From the NCBI GenBank assembly GCA_030265395.1, contig JARFYF010000054.1, positions 18,697,729-18,761,728 on the forward strand: a stretch of 64,000 nt of DNA, read 5' to 3'. Shown here in pieces: positions 1 to 12,262 of the stretch. Position numbers and translations under genes: made by a program. Source of the stretch: Rhina ancylostomus. Taxonomy: Eukaryota. Every line of letters begins with the position of its first letter. Position 1 is the first letter of the stretch. The notes below the pieces were generated by a model. It was not told where the DNA came from. It saw nothing but the letters and a program-made list of their open reading frames with translations, and did no database searches.

Positions 1-749
1 ACTGAATATTTCAGTTTGTGATAATGCTATATTATTGCAAACTGTACATGCCACAAGACTCTCCTGTTCATTCACAGCCATAGAGGGAACAGCATGCACA
101 GGCTTAATGATACAGAATGATAAATATTTCAAAGTTCACTATATATTTTCAGTTTAAAAATCTGGTGCAAGTATTATGTGAAGAAGCCACATCACATGGA
201 GATACAAAAGTGAAATGTTCTCCATCATCTCTGTGGATAAACTGTAGATCTTATGCAGTGAAGTGCAAGCTATGATTGCAAATATTAAAGGTACGCATAC
301 AATGGCAAACACAGATGCTTCAAAATAGTCATGCTCTCACATGCCACTCATTCACATTACAGCAGTCTTTAAAAAAAGAGCAGAATGAATTCTTTGCCTT
401 TTTTGCCCCCCAAATTTTCATTCAGAAATGGGGCAATTTTCACGTTCCTATGGTGCCGGCAGGAGGTCCAACTGCTTTGAGGTCAGGCCTCATTTACAAG
501 TTGATAGCAGTGAACTAGCACTGATAAGCAGCTTGCTGATGAGAGATTGAGGATTTCAGAGGATCCTTGATGGAGGATGACAGCTGAAGACAGTAATTAA
601 AAAGGAGGATACTCCTGGGATGGCATTGGGATGGGGTTAAAGGTCTTGGAGAAAGTTGGAATGCTTTCAATCTCCACATGGAAATACCCAGAGGAACAGA
701 GTTGACGACATAATATTGCTCTGTTTCCACTGAGAAATTTTAGCCCAGT

Positions 750-1060
750 CTTTTGTTTTTTTTGAAATGTTTCTGTTTAGTTTAGTTTGTATTATTTATA
801 ACTTTTCTTATCAATTTGGGTTTTTTCTTTTTCTTTTCTTTATATAATAGATCTTTTTCTTTCCTTTCTTTTATATTATATTCATTAACTAAGAAATCAT
901 TGGATCTACAGATTTTTAAAAATATTTTATTGTTCTGTATGATTATCTATACCATGAGTGTTATCCTGATCTCTTTGTAATACATGTACAAACATTGATG
1001 CTATATATTAATCTGTATTGATTTCAAAACTAATTTAAAAAAATTGAAAAAGAAAGGAAA
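750..1060 (+). mobile_element. Probable 3' UTR of an L1-clade LINE (5'-truncated)
   Basis: Very T-rich tract ending in an A-rich tail (taaaaaaattgaaaaagaaaggaaa), resembling fish L1 3' ends; recognised by eye only. Confidence 0.4.
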
Positions 1061-1329
1061 TACAGCTCAAGGGCTTCAAAGATGTTTTTCAACACTCAGT
1101 TTCACCGGGCAGAGTGGACAGTGTAGTACTCTGTGCAGTGAATGAACAGCATTCTGGACATGCTCCCACAACTGAAGATTTTTTTTGTTTCTGTCAATAT
1201 TTAGCTATTTTTAGTTTTTTCAATTAATCTGCTCTTAGTTTCTAAGACGTTGTAGACCTTTTTCTATACTGTATGACTCAGAAAAATAAAGAGTCTGCTC
1301 TCAGTTTCTTTAGCTCTCCGGATCATTCA

Positions 1330-1685
1330 CCAAGACATGTGAACTCACTGCATAGGAGCCAATTAGTCTATTCATTGATCAGCCAGAATGATCGTCCAAC
1401 TGCGAATGCGGAACTCACTTCAGTTTTCAACCATTGCTACTGCCATCCTTGCTTTTCCCTTCTGAAGTTCCATAATTAAAATGTTCCCCCAGGTTAGCTT
1501 TCTATTAAAATACCTTTCCACAACACTGTATCATCACTTGAATTTAAAGCAATTGTTACCTTGCTCCATAGTGCTCTGTACTAGGCAGCCTGTTGTCTCA
1601 AGTATTTTCACCTTCCCAATGAGAAACTACTAAATCCGTTAACAGACTGCTCTCAGGGATGGGTTAAAAATTCATACATACTGTA
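1330..1685 (-). mobile_element. Ancient CR1-like ORF2 remnant (end of the endonuclease domain)
   Basis: Minus strand gives broken QYV..P.(RE)...DLV and EH.G...F motifs; heavily decayed. Confidence 0.3.
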
Positions 1686-1689
1686 GCAG

Positions 1690-2823
1690 GGCAATTGGAA
1701 GTATGCTCACAAAGATGGTTGTCTAAGGTGACAAAAGAGATGGATCAGATGGAAAAAAAGTGGGCAGAGCAGTGGGAGATGGAATTTAATCCTGACAAGT
1801 GCAAGATGATGCATTCTGGAAAGTCAAATTGTGTAGAAAATCATAGGGCACTAAGGAAGGTTGNNNNNNNNNNNNNNNNNNNNNNNNNNNNNNNNNNNNN
1901 NNNNNNNNNNNNNNNNNNNNNNNNNNNNNNNNNNNNNNNNNNNNNNNNNNNNNNNNNNNNNNNAAGGTTGATGAACAGAGGGGCATTGAGGTTCAAGTCC
2001 ATAAATCCCTAACAGTGGCACTACAGGTAGATAGGATGGTGAAGGCAGCCTGTGGCATACTTGCCTGCAGGGAACAGGATATAAAAATTGGAATATTATG
2101 TTGCAACTTTATAAAGCACTGGCTAAGCCACACTTGGGCTACTGAGTGCAATCTGGTCTCCACACAATGGGAAAGATGTGGTTGCACCAGACAGAGTGCA
2201 GAGAACATTCACCAGATGTTGCCTGGATTGGGGGGGCTTTCGTTATAGGAAAAGATTGGATAGGCTGGGTTTATTTTCCCTTGTGCGGGGGAAACTGAGG
2301 AGTGACCTGATGGAAGTATATAAAAGGTACGAGATACAAAAGGATAGATGTTCAGAAATATTTCCCCATGGTAACTGTATCAAGAACAGGAGTGCATAGG
2401 TTTCCTCCCACATTCCAAAAAAAAAGACATATAGGTTAGGAAGTTGTGGGCATGCTATGTTGGCTCCAGAAGTTTGGTGACACATGCGGGCTGCCCCCAG
2501 AACACTCGACACAAAAGATGCATTTCACTGTGTGTTTTGATGTACATGTGACTAATAAAGATATATTAAGGTGAGAGAGGGGGAAGGAATTTTGAAAGGG
2601 ATTTGAGGGAAAGGTTTTTCTTTTACACAGAGAGAGTAGAACTTGCTGCCAGAGAAGGTGGTAGAGTCGATACAGTCATCAAATTTGACAGACACTTAAA
2701 TAGGCAAGGCATAGAAGTATATGGACCTAACTTGGGCAAATGGGATTGGTGTGGATGGGCAAGATGGTCAGTGTGCACATGGTGGGCCAAAGTACCTGTT
2801 TCTGTGCTGTACAACTCTCTGAT
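1690..2823 (+). mobile_element. CR1 LINE, 3' part of ORF2 plus 3' tail, decayed, interrupted by a SINE
   Basis: ORF fragments WAEQWEMEFNPDKCKMMH, QVDRMVKAACGILA, RVQRTFTR, RLDRLGLFSL..LRSDLMEVYK; tail tgggccaaagtacctgtttctgtgctgta. Confidence 0.92.
2399..2565 (+). mobile_element. 5'-truncated V-domain SINE (Rex-tailed family) nested in the CR1
   Basis: ggtttcctcccacattccaaa...ggaagttgtgggcatgctatg...gatgtacatgtgactaataaag matches the full copies at 12263 and 41788; CR1 resumes at ttaaggtgagag. Confidence 0.9.
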
Positions 2824-3602
2824 AGAGCCACATCAGCTTCTGACAAACCCAAGTCCCCACGCAGGAATAGGACACCAAGAACCTCACCTGCAAAATTGAT
2901 TGCATTTTGAATGGGAGTAGTTTTTTTTCCCCCCAGCGAGGTGAACATAAGAAGGGAAATTCAAGAGCAAAGGGTGTTGGAAAAGACTGGGGATCGTAGA
3001 GCTAAGACACACTGTGTGCTTTGGCTTTGCTGTGGGCATTAAAGGAGAACTGTGTTGAGGCTAAATCATGTATTCTGTTTTAGAATTCAGATTGTTATAG
3101 GACTAACATTTGTAAAGGAAAAGTGGTTCCAAGACAGTAGACCTAGAAACAATGCACCAATATACAAGATTGGGTTCATCTCTGCTCTAACACTTCTTTG
3201 TGATACTGCGTACCTGCCATTTCATAACATTCTTGTTAACATTTGTTATATCAAGGGTCCTACAGAAACGGAGGATGTTGTAGCTAGAATGATGGGGGTT
3301 ATAGATAATACAGGTTTCATAATATATGCCACAAGTATCACCTACTTGAAATGATTTGGTCATTTAGCTGGTACAGGGTCCTTAGCTCAATGCCAGCAGG
3401 CAAGTGGGTTAATGCAACAATGCTCAGAACTTGGACAATAATTGCAAGCTCTTGTTCCTGTTAAGTTTGCAATCGTCTATGGGGAGATTTGAAAAATTTA
3501 ATGAGAAAAACAATTCATTTTTGCAACACTTAAACATAAAATAATTGCCCAGGGTTATTTATTTACAATTTATCAGAATCGCAAATAAAGATTATTAAAC
3601 TT

Positions 3603-3782
3603 AGAATGACAGAAATTTATGGTGCAGAAGGAGCCATTTGACCTGTATTTCAACCGGCCAGGAATCAACTATTTAGGTTAAGCCCACTTCCCAATTCTTG
3701 GCCCATGGGCTATGAATCTTCAAGGTGCTGTACATGTACTAGTTAAACATGTTGAGGATTTCTGCCTCTACCACCCATTCAA
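3603..3782 (-). mobile_element. CR1 3' end, old
   Basis: acagaaatttatggtgcagaaggagccatttg...tctgcctctaccacc is the reverse complement of a CR1 tail. Confidence 0.65.
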
Positions 3783-5619
3783 AAGAGTAAATGATATTGC
3801 TTGACAAATCTGAGGTTTCTGAGGGCCACTTGAGTTTGCAGCATTGAGGAGATATTAGCTCACAGTACCAGCATTTTTACACAAAATGTTCAGAACTAAT
3901 TTCTCTGTAGTATTGTCCTCTCATAGCCTGTGGGTACCTTTGCTTCCGGGGCAGGTCACAATCATGTTACTGAGACAGAGAAGGCTTTTCCCATCCAGTC
4001 AGCAATGGTTCTAGCCAAATGTCAAGAGTCAATTCATGTGTGCAAGATTAAAAAAAAACTTATAATTAGCCCTGTCTTTGAATTTCAAACTAATGTGTGG
4101 TTTCTTTATTTATCAAANNNNNNNNNNNNNNNNNNNNNNNNNNNNNNNNNNNNNNNNNNNNNNNNNNNNNNNNNNNNNNNNNNNNNNNNNNNNNNNNNNN
4201 NNNNNNNNNNNNNNNNNAAACTAATTTGTGGTTTCTTTATTTATCAAACAATCCTAGTTGAGATCATTGTAAGATCGTTATCCCATTTCTTTCCCTGTAT
4301 TCTCCTACTGACTAATTGGATGTTGGTGTCTTGGCCTTCATAGCATTGTCTATTAGGGTTAATTTCGCCACAAAAGTATTGAAGTATGGATTGCTAACTG
4401 GTGACATGTTCAGTTAGATGTGAAGTGCTTTGATACAGCTGGCTCTCTCTGGATTGTTTTGTGTTCTGCTGTATATCTTGTTAGTTAGACAGTTACATTT
4501 ACAGCTCAGCACATCTGCGTGCACACCCACACACAGCAACACAGCTGACTACAATGCTTTCTTAGTGAAATTATTTGATATCAGTTACTTCATTCATCGG
4601 TATACAAGGCATTTATATTGGGAAGAAGTAGACCACTAATATAGAGTGCAAGTACTTGGTGTTTTTAATCATTCAGTGCACCTTGCCACACTGCTTTCTT
4701 GAGGTATGGATCAATGACAGATGTGCATATTTCGCTGCATTCTTGATTTGGATCTTTATGATACCATATGTGAACTGATTACATAGCTTACTGATAATGA
4801 TCAGATTGAAGTGTTATCCATTGGCTCATTTCTGTTGGAAACAAGGCTTATTTATTCACCTGTTCAGTACCCTTAGATTTTAACCACTGCTTGTTAGCAT
4901 AAGAAAACATACATTGGTATTTAGATTTTGGGTGGCTGATGTTGACTGGGATATTGCTTATCCTCAGAATTAAAAATATACTATGTCACTTCATCGTAAT
5001 TTCAATCAGTTCTTTTCAACTGTTTCTATTCCCGTCAAACCTCTGGGTAAAAGAAATACCGAAATCTCAAGAAAGTATCGCCTGAGACTGCAGTCAAATA
5101 TCCAAAGCTTTGGCCACATCACTCTGTAGTAAAATAGAAGTGTCATCATCATGGATACTTGAAACTCTGCTCTCCTCTGTGACAGTTATCACAACGACGA
5201 GCAGATGGAGTACCACCAGGCTACGATTACAGAGGAAGAGACAGAACTAAAGGGCAGCAAGGCAAATACTACTTGGAATACACTAGCTGACAATTGCTCA
5301 TTAGGCAACATTGCTAGATTCAGTGAAAGCCAAAAATTGCAACAGCTGAGGCTTGAGGAAAGCATTGGGGAGAGTTTGGGGGGAAGAGTGGGGTTGAGAA
5401 AAAGGTAAAACCTCTCTCTGATGGAAAACCTGCTGAAAAAAAACTCTTCCAGCCTGCGTGCATGTTAATAACACTGTAGAGCAGAAGTGCAATAAAGAGG
5501 GAGTGTTCAAATCAGCCCTCCCACTACCCAACCCCTCCATACATTTTAAAAACTCTTCATCTGCGTTCCTTAATTACATAGGATATTACCTCACTGCTAA
5601 TTGGGAATTGCAGATGTCG

Positions 5620-5815
5620 TGCAAAAATTAATCCTGACACCTTTGGTCCTTTGTTGTCACTCTCAGTCAATGCAAATTATTAATCTGCATTTGCTTGTTA
5701 AAGTTCCTTGTAATTTTGAGCACCTCTCTCAAATCATCTCTTGACCGCTTCAGTTTAAAGACAAAGACTCTAGTTTTCAGTCTGTTTGTCGTAACTAAAA
5801 CCACACTTGCCCAGT
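5620..5815 (-). mobile_element. CR1 ORF2 fragment, old
   Basis: taattttgagcacctctctcaaatcatctcttgacc resembles the reverse complement of the LRGDLIEVFKI region. Confidence 0.5.
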
Positions 5816-5829
5816 AAACATTAATAACC

Positions 5830-7000
5830 ATCAACCTGCCCTTCTGATGGAATTATTATCAACTCACTTTATCCAGATTGAAAGCATAGCCATGGGAACT
5901 GATGTCGGCCCAAGCTACACTCGTCTTTACATTAGACACAACAAACGGTCCTTTTTCCAGATGTATTCAGGGGTCCACCCCTCACCTCATTTTCCAGTAC
6001 GTTGAGGAATGCATTGGTGTCCATTCCAGTAGTCATACAGAACTCAAAATTTTCAGTTTCATTGCCAATTTCCACCCTGCACTCACCAATCTCNNNNNNN
6101 NNNNNNNNNNNNNNCCTTTCTGGACCTCTCCATCTCAAGAGATGGTCTAGCCACAAACATCCAACAATAAGCGTACAGAGTTCCATCGACATCTTGGCTA
6201 TACTTCCTCCCACCCTGCCCCTGAAAGGAGTCCATTCTATTCTCCCAGTATCAACATCTCTGCTGCATTTGCTCCACTGATGAGACTTTCTGGACAGATG
6301 CTCCAAAAATATCTGCCTTCTTCCCGAGCCAGGGCTACCCATTTACCAGAGATGAACAAAGCCCATGACTGCATCTCATATTTCCCACCCCTCTGCCCTC
6401 ATGCCTTTGCTTGGACAGAGCAAGGACAGAATTCTCCTGATCCTCACCTTCTATCCCACCAACCACTGCATCCAATAAAACTTCCTTCACCATTCCACAA
6501 GTTCCAACAGGATTCCTTCATCAGATGTCTTCCCCTCCCCTTTTATTATTTCCAAAGGGACAGTTCTTTATTTGAATCACTGGTCCATTCTGCTCTCTGC
6601 ACCAACTCTCCATCTTATGGCACTTTCCCAGGCAACTGCAGGATGTACAATATCTGCCCTTTCATCTCCTCCCTCCCACCATCCAGGGACAGAGCCTTTC
6701 CAGATGAAGCATCAATTCACTTGCACTTTTTCTAGTCTAGTGTACCGCATTTGGCATTTGCAATGCGATCTTCTCTATATTGGGGAAACCAAACACAAGT
6801 TGAGGAACCGCTTTGCTGAGCACCTGCATTCAACTTCCTGCTGCCTGCCACTTTAATTCACCATCCCAATTCCACTCTGACCTCTGTCTGCGGCTGCCTT
6901 TCATGTTACAGTTAAGGTACAATACCTGCTTGAGAACATTGTGGCTTTCAAAACTCAAATCACGAATTCTTCAGCTTTAGGTAATTTGCTTTCTCTTCTG
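5830..7000 (+). mobile_element. Penelope-like element (RT plus GIY-YIG endonuclease), decayed
   Basis: RT motifs HFIQ...IAMGT.VGPSY and YVEECIG (decayed YIDD); GIY-YIG segment FTCTFSSLVYRIW..QCDLLYIGETKHKLRNRFAEHL in ORF 6572-6856. Confidence 0.9.
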
Positions 7001-7832
7001 CATCAGAACTGTCCATTCCTGCTGTAGGTCTTCCACCTGAGAGATATTGGCTCAGTTTGTTTTATTCTCTCTAATAGTACAGCTTGACTTGCTGAGCATG
7101 TCTATAGCCCTGTTATTAGCAAAACAACACAGACAAAAAAGTGTCACCACCATTTAACTGCCTGCATTAATCCATTTGACCTGCCCTATCCATCCCTAAC
7201 CCCACTTTCTCTTAAACTTAAAACTAACTTGTTTTTCTCTTTCTTCCCCCCTAATTCAGACAAAAGGTCTGGATCCATTACTACTGCTCGGTACCCTTGG
7301 CCTTCTCACTTGGTTTATCAGATATTATCAGGAAATATGAGAGATATTATAGGAATTTTTTTTTAAAAAATGAGATGATTGGAAGACAAAAATTGAAAGC
7401 ATGAATCTCTAGCTGAACCTGCATAGCTGGCTTGAGAAGCAAAGTTTTTGTTCATTAATTTTAAACACAACTGTTGTGTGATTTGTTACAAATATGATAA
7501 ATTATTGCCCTTAATCAGAAATGGTAAACTACTTATCTCAATGCAGTAATAATACGTTTCACAGCTTTAAACAAAATCATACAGCTGGTTATGATTCATA
7601 TGTTACACCAAACCTACCCATCGCCAAGTCACATTTAACATTAGCTTAAACTAGATGTAGCCTCCACAACGATTTGAGATTTAGCACCATAATTTTCCAA
7701 GGGCTAGAAGTTATTTGTCATATTCCAGTCACAGGGCCAACAGAAAACACCCAGGGAGAAGAAGAAAGATGGAGCCACTCAATACACCATGCTTCAGAAC
7801 TTCTTTTCACTTCTTAAAATGATGCACTGACC

Positions 7833-8771
7833 TGAAATTTGCTGTAAGTACCAAGGGCAAATTGCATGTGGCATAACATGCTCAAATTCCATATCTTCTA
7901 AAACATTTCAATATTCCAACATCCTGAGAGCTTACAAACTTTTGAAGTTATTGAGCCAACTCTGCAAGAGTCTGTGGCTGTTGTCAGTATTGATATTTGC
8001 ATCTCAGACCTCTGCAAGTGCATGTTGAAATGTGGGAATCTGACGTGAGCTGAGACTTAAGGGACTCAAAAACTGACCTAAACCTTTCACCGCAGGGACT
8101 TCCAGGGCACCCCTGCACTAATCTGGACTTTTGATTACTTACTTACTAATCTGATACATAAGGAGTTTGATTATTAGTTACTTTAAAAAGTTCCTCTATT
8201 GCTAAGGTACTGAAGGTTGTAGGTTCAATATCAGCCAGGGAGATGGTGGGTTCTGTACCAATAAGCCTCAGTCCCCATGGATAAGATTGGAGGCACATCA
8301 GATCCATTTCTAGTGTTTACTGGAGAAAAGAGAAACAGACTGTGGACAAGATCATACTCTATGGGCTGAACTGTACTTGACCTCCCCCCAAAACCCCTGG
8401 ATATTCGCCACGTCTGTACTAACCAACCATTTGTCCTCAAGTTCTGATCCTGGAGCCATGTTGCAGGGTCTGGCAAGGCCCCAGCCAGTGTAACAGAAGG
8501 GTACACTGCTGAAGGCTTTTGATCAAGTTTTTAAAGTCATTTAAGTCTCAGCTCATGTTGCACTTCTGCATTTCAACATATGCACTTACAGAAGTCTGAA
8601 ACAAACTGATGATCGCGTAACAACAGGCAAAGACTCCAACAGAGCTGGCCTAATAACTTCAAAAATTTGCAAGATAAGAGGATGTTGAAATATTAAAGTG
8701 TTTTGGAAGATCTAGAAGTTGATCTTGTTGTGCCACATACAGTTTGCCCTCAGCTCTTGAGGCAAACTTCA
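7833..8771. repeat. Old long inverted repeat, arms about 7833-8100 and 8500-8771
   Basis: Left arm agggcaaattgcatgtggcataac...tgagctgagacttaa aligns with the reverse complement of the right arm (agggcaaactgtatgtggcacaac...tgagctgagacttaa); roughly 70-75% identity by eye. Confidence 0.85.
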
Positions 8772-9767
8772 ACTTTGTTCTTGCAATTTACTTTCATTTC
8801 AGACCTACAAATACACAGCCTGGGAAACCATCATGGATCACATGGGGAAAGGAGGAGAACCAAATGAATTGCCTTGTCACATCCAGACATAGTATGTACA
8901 ACCCATAAATAGATGATCTAATGACCCTAATTAGCCCGTGAGACATGTTAGCTCTGCACTTCGAATAGCAAACAATTCCCATGTGTATAAGCAACAGCTG
9001 GAAACCAATGGGAATAACTCAGTAGAAAGTGGCATGAATATCCTCAATAGCAAATGTCATGAATATCCACAATTCAGATGAATGATTTACTCTCAGCATG
9101 TTAATTCAACCTCAAGTGTTAACCTACATCTCATTCAGTTAATTGTGTCAGATTAGCCTTTTCTTAAAAATTACCAAAATGTTTAACACAGAACAAGCTT
9201 CACAAATCACACGCCTATTCAAATTCCTATATAATTATGTCTCTGAAGAAGAAAAATATATTATAGAATGTTGATATGAATTATCCTGTCAGTTACAACG
9301 AAATTATTGTGTCACGCTAGCAAGTTTTAAATGATTAAATCCTCTTTGTTAATTAACCATATGGTAGGAGTGGAAAGATGGAGCAGTTCTAATAACTTCA
9401 ATAAAAATATTCTGATCAAACACACCAGGACCATGTTGCCGATAACAGGTTATTATTGTTGTAAATCATCCCTCTTTATGCATATATTGATTGCCCCTTA
9501 TACACTTGAAGGGATACGATTCCCAAACAAAAAGTCTTTTGGCAATTAACAAATGAAAGCTGTGAAATCTAACAGGATGGCTACAGCGGCAGGTTACAGA
9601 CACAAAAGTCATTGTGTCTAATGTTGAAGTTTTCCACAGTGCCATCTAACTTGGTGTGCAAGTTTTCCCTTCTCCTTCAATTACAGCACAAAAACATACC
9701 CTGCATTGAAATTGATGACCCAACATAAAGGCGTTTTTCAAGCTACAATGTTTCAAGTGTTTTCCAA

Positions 9768-9897
9768 CAATGCAACCACAGGAGCAGTGTGTGGTGGAGC
9801 TAAGACTGCAACCCTGCACGTACAGTCTGACAGGAAGGGCTTTCTTGCATCTGTTAAACCAGATCCAAGTTCATTAATAAATGCCTAAAGACATCAT
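9768..9897. repeat. 130-bp direct repeat, copy 1 (copy 2 at 10560-10689)
   Basis: Ungapped alignment, 16 substitutions in 130 bp. Confidence 0.95.
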
Positions 9898-10104
9898 CAT
9901 TAAGACAAGGCACGACTGGAAAGGAAGCCCATCGGAGGGGCAGACCGCTCAATTTTTCTGATGTTCGTCAGTTAAGTTTACAGTGAGAGAGGGCAGGGAT
10001 TGAACGACAGCTCCTTGCTTCAGCAGATATACAACTGTGAATTTTCTCACTAGGTCTTCAGGGTTCATTGAGACAGCACCCACAACAGAAAACTTAGATC
10101 ATAC

Positions 10105-10460
10105 AAAACATTTTTAACTGCAGAAACCTAGAAAGGTGCACATCATTGGAGATAAAAATGGATCTCAATTGAAAGGAGGAAATGCTTAGCAGAATGACAA
10201 AAGCCTGGCCAAACAGTTTGAGGAGGAGAAGGGATGAGCAAAAGAAGATTCAGGGAAGGAATTCCAGAGCATGTGGCAGAAATGCAGGTCATTGGTGAAA
10301 TGATAGCAAGCTCTCAATCGGAAAGGATGGGTGAGCTGCTTGGTAGGAAGAGAGAGGAGTTGTTTTACATATGGAGTTTGAAATTTAGCTCGAAGCTGAA
10401 TAGGAGGACAAGGCTCCGAGGGGTAGTTTGGTCTGAGTGCAGTTGGGGAAAGGGAATTGA
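10105..10460 (-). mobile_element. L2 LINE 3' remnant
   Basis: gaatgacaaaagcctggccaaa...cagggaaggaattccagagcatgtgg matches the reverse complement of an L2 3' end (LWNSLP). Confidence 0.55.
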
Positions 10461-10559
10461 ATCAGAAATACTTATATGGAAGATAAATTGGCCCCACCCC
10501 ACTAACCTCATTCCCATTTTCTCATTCCAGAACGAGGGGGTGAATGGCAGACTCGTCCC

Positions 10560-10689
10560 CAATGCAACCACAGGGGCAGCGTTTGGTAGAACTGAGACTG
10601 CAACTCTGCATGTACAATTTGACAGGAGGGACTTTCTTGCGTCTGTTAAACGAGGTCCAAGTTCATTTATAAATGCCTAAAGACATCAT
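10560..10689. repeat. 130-bp direct repeat, copy 2
   Basis: About 88% identical to 9768-9897. Confidence 0.95.
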
Positions 10690-11219
10690 AGTTAAACATT
10701 TTATTATATAGACAGCATTTGGCAACAATGCAATCACCAGCCAGAGTTGGAATTGAATGGGTAATTCACTTTGTTGTAAATGTGTAAAATTAATATATTT
10801 TTCTGGTATCCAATTATTCTAAATAATGNNNNNNNNNNNNNNNNNNNNNNNNNNNNNNNNNNNNNNNNNNNNNNNNNNNNNNNNNNNNNNNNNNNNNNNN
10901 NNNNNNNNNNNNNNNNNNNNNNNNNNNNCAACCATCCTCTGAATGGCATTGAGTTTCAGAAAATTACTCTGCTTTTCCTGGGCTGGTTGCTATAGTTTGC
11001 TTGCTCCTTAAGTTAATTGAGCAAACTAACCTTGCTGTGCAAGGGAACTGGGATGGGCCATATGACTAATTACAATCATTCTATGTTTGTTATGAATCAT
11101 ATGCCCCATGACACCTTTCATTCATTAGAATCACATGTATTCTTATGTGTTGCTGTCAACCCAAGACAGCTTATTGTTAAGACAAATGAAAATATTCATT
11201 CTTCTGCTGCCAAAAGACT

Positions 11220-11750
11220 AAAGATAAAAGCAAAAGGACTTGTTCCCGTTCTGGAAAGTAAAAGAACCAGGGGTTTATGTTCAATCCCAGGCATGCCAAG
11301 TTTCCAGAAACTGTTCTTTTGAACTCACAGTGGAAAGTCAAGTGATTAAGGAGTCACTTTTTGGAAAGGTCTTTGGCATTTTGCAGTCTCTGAAGCTAGA
11401 TGTACAAGAGGGGCCTGAATTTATAAAGGATCATGACAGTCGAGAGATTAATGTTGAAGTGGGAATTTGCACCATTTTCCCCTCATCTTTCATCTTAATT
11501 TTTTCTGAATTCAGACAAGGAAAGGTGTCCTGGGGTTTCTTCTAAATGGAAGAAGCTGCATTTTTGATCATATTACCAGAAGATTCATGCCATTTTAAAT
11601 GCAGGCCTGACTTATACCTGGTAAATTCATTTGATTTTTACCAGCTCTTTCTGGACCAAGAGGATGCCTCACCTACAGATCCAATCTGTTTGCATTTGTT
11701 GACAGAAAGTGTTGATATGGATTCTCCACTACAACTTTCCCCCAATCCAA
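11220..11750 (-). mobile_element. Possible ancient L1/Tx1 ORF2 linker remnant
   Basis: Broken minus-strand peptides YDQKCSFFHLEE and IKMKDEGKMV resemble the Tx1 E.CS.FFF / LK.E.G segment; many stops. Confidence 0.3.
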
Positions 11751-11824
11751 GAACTGTAGCCCCTTTCCACAAGTAGCAGTGTTATGCCTGATATGTATAT
11801 AATAAAATCTCAATTGGGTGGAAT

Positions 11825-12122
11825 AGGAGCGAATCTAGAAGAGCTGCTGCCTCACAGCTCCAGTGGCCTAGATCCAATCTATTTGCTGGGTGGTGTTTGC
11901 AACATTTTCTTGTTGGCCATGTAGGTTTCTTCCAAGTCTTCTGGGTTCCTCCCACGTCCACAAGGCACATGGATTGGTAGATTAATTGGCCACTATAAAT
12001 ACCCCAAGTGTGTAGCTGAATGGTAGAACATAAGGGGCATTGATAGGAACAGAAGGAATAAAGTGGATTAGTGTAAATAAGTATTCATAGTCAGTACTGA
12101 CTTGCTGCACGACTCTATGACA
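11825..12122 (+). mobile_element. HE1-type V-SINE (tRNA-derived head, V-domain, CR1-type tail), old
   Basis: gagctgctgcctcacagctccag...gggttcctcccac...taattggccactataaat...gactctatgac. Confidence 0.8.
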
Positions 12123-12262
12123 ATTCAAGGAACTCTGCCAAGTTTTATCTTCCAGTGGCCTTGACTGGCTCCTGCCCACCTCACAGTGCACCTCCCATCA
12201 CATCTGTTGTGTTCAGGCATGAATAATCCCTTGCTTGGTTCAATCCCCTGCATCTCCACACT

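Noticed and set aside
9706-10680. Paralogous peptides NATTGA...SLINA / SFINA as duplicated coding exons
   Set aside because: Substitutions show no third-position bias (6 of 16) and I recognise no protein; kept only as a DNA duplication
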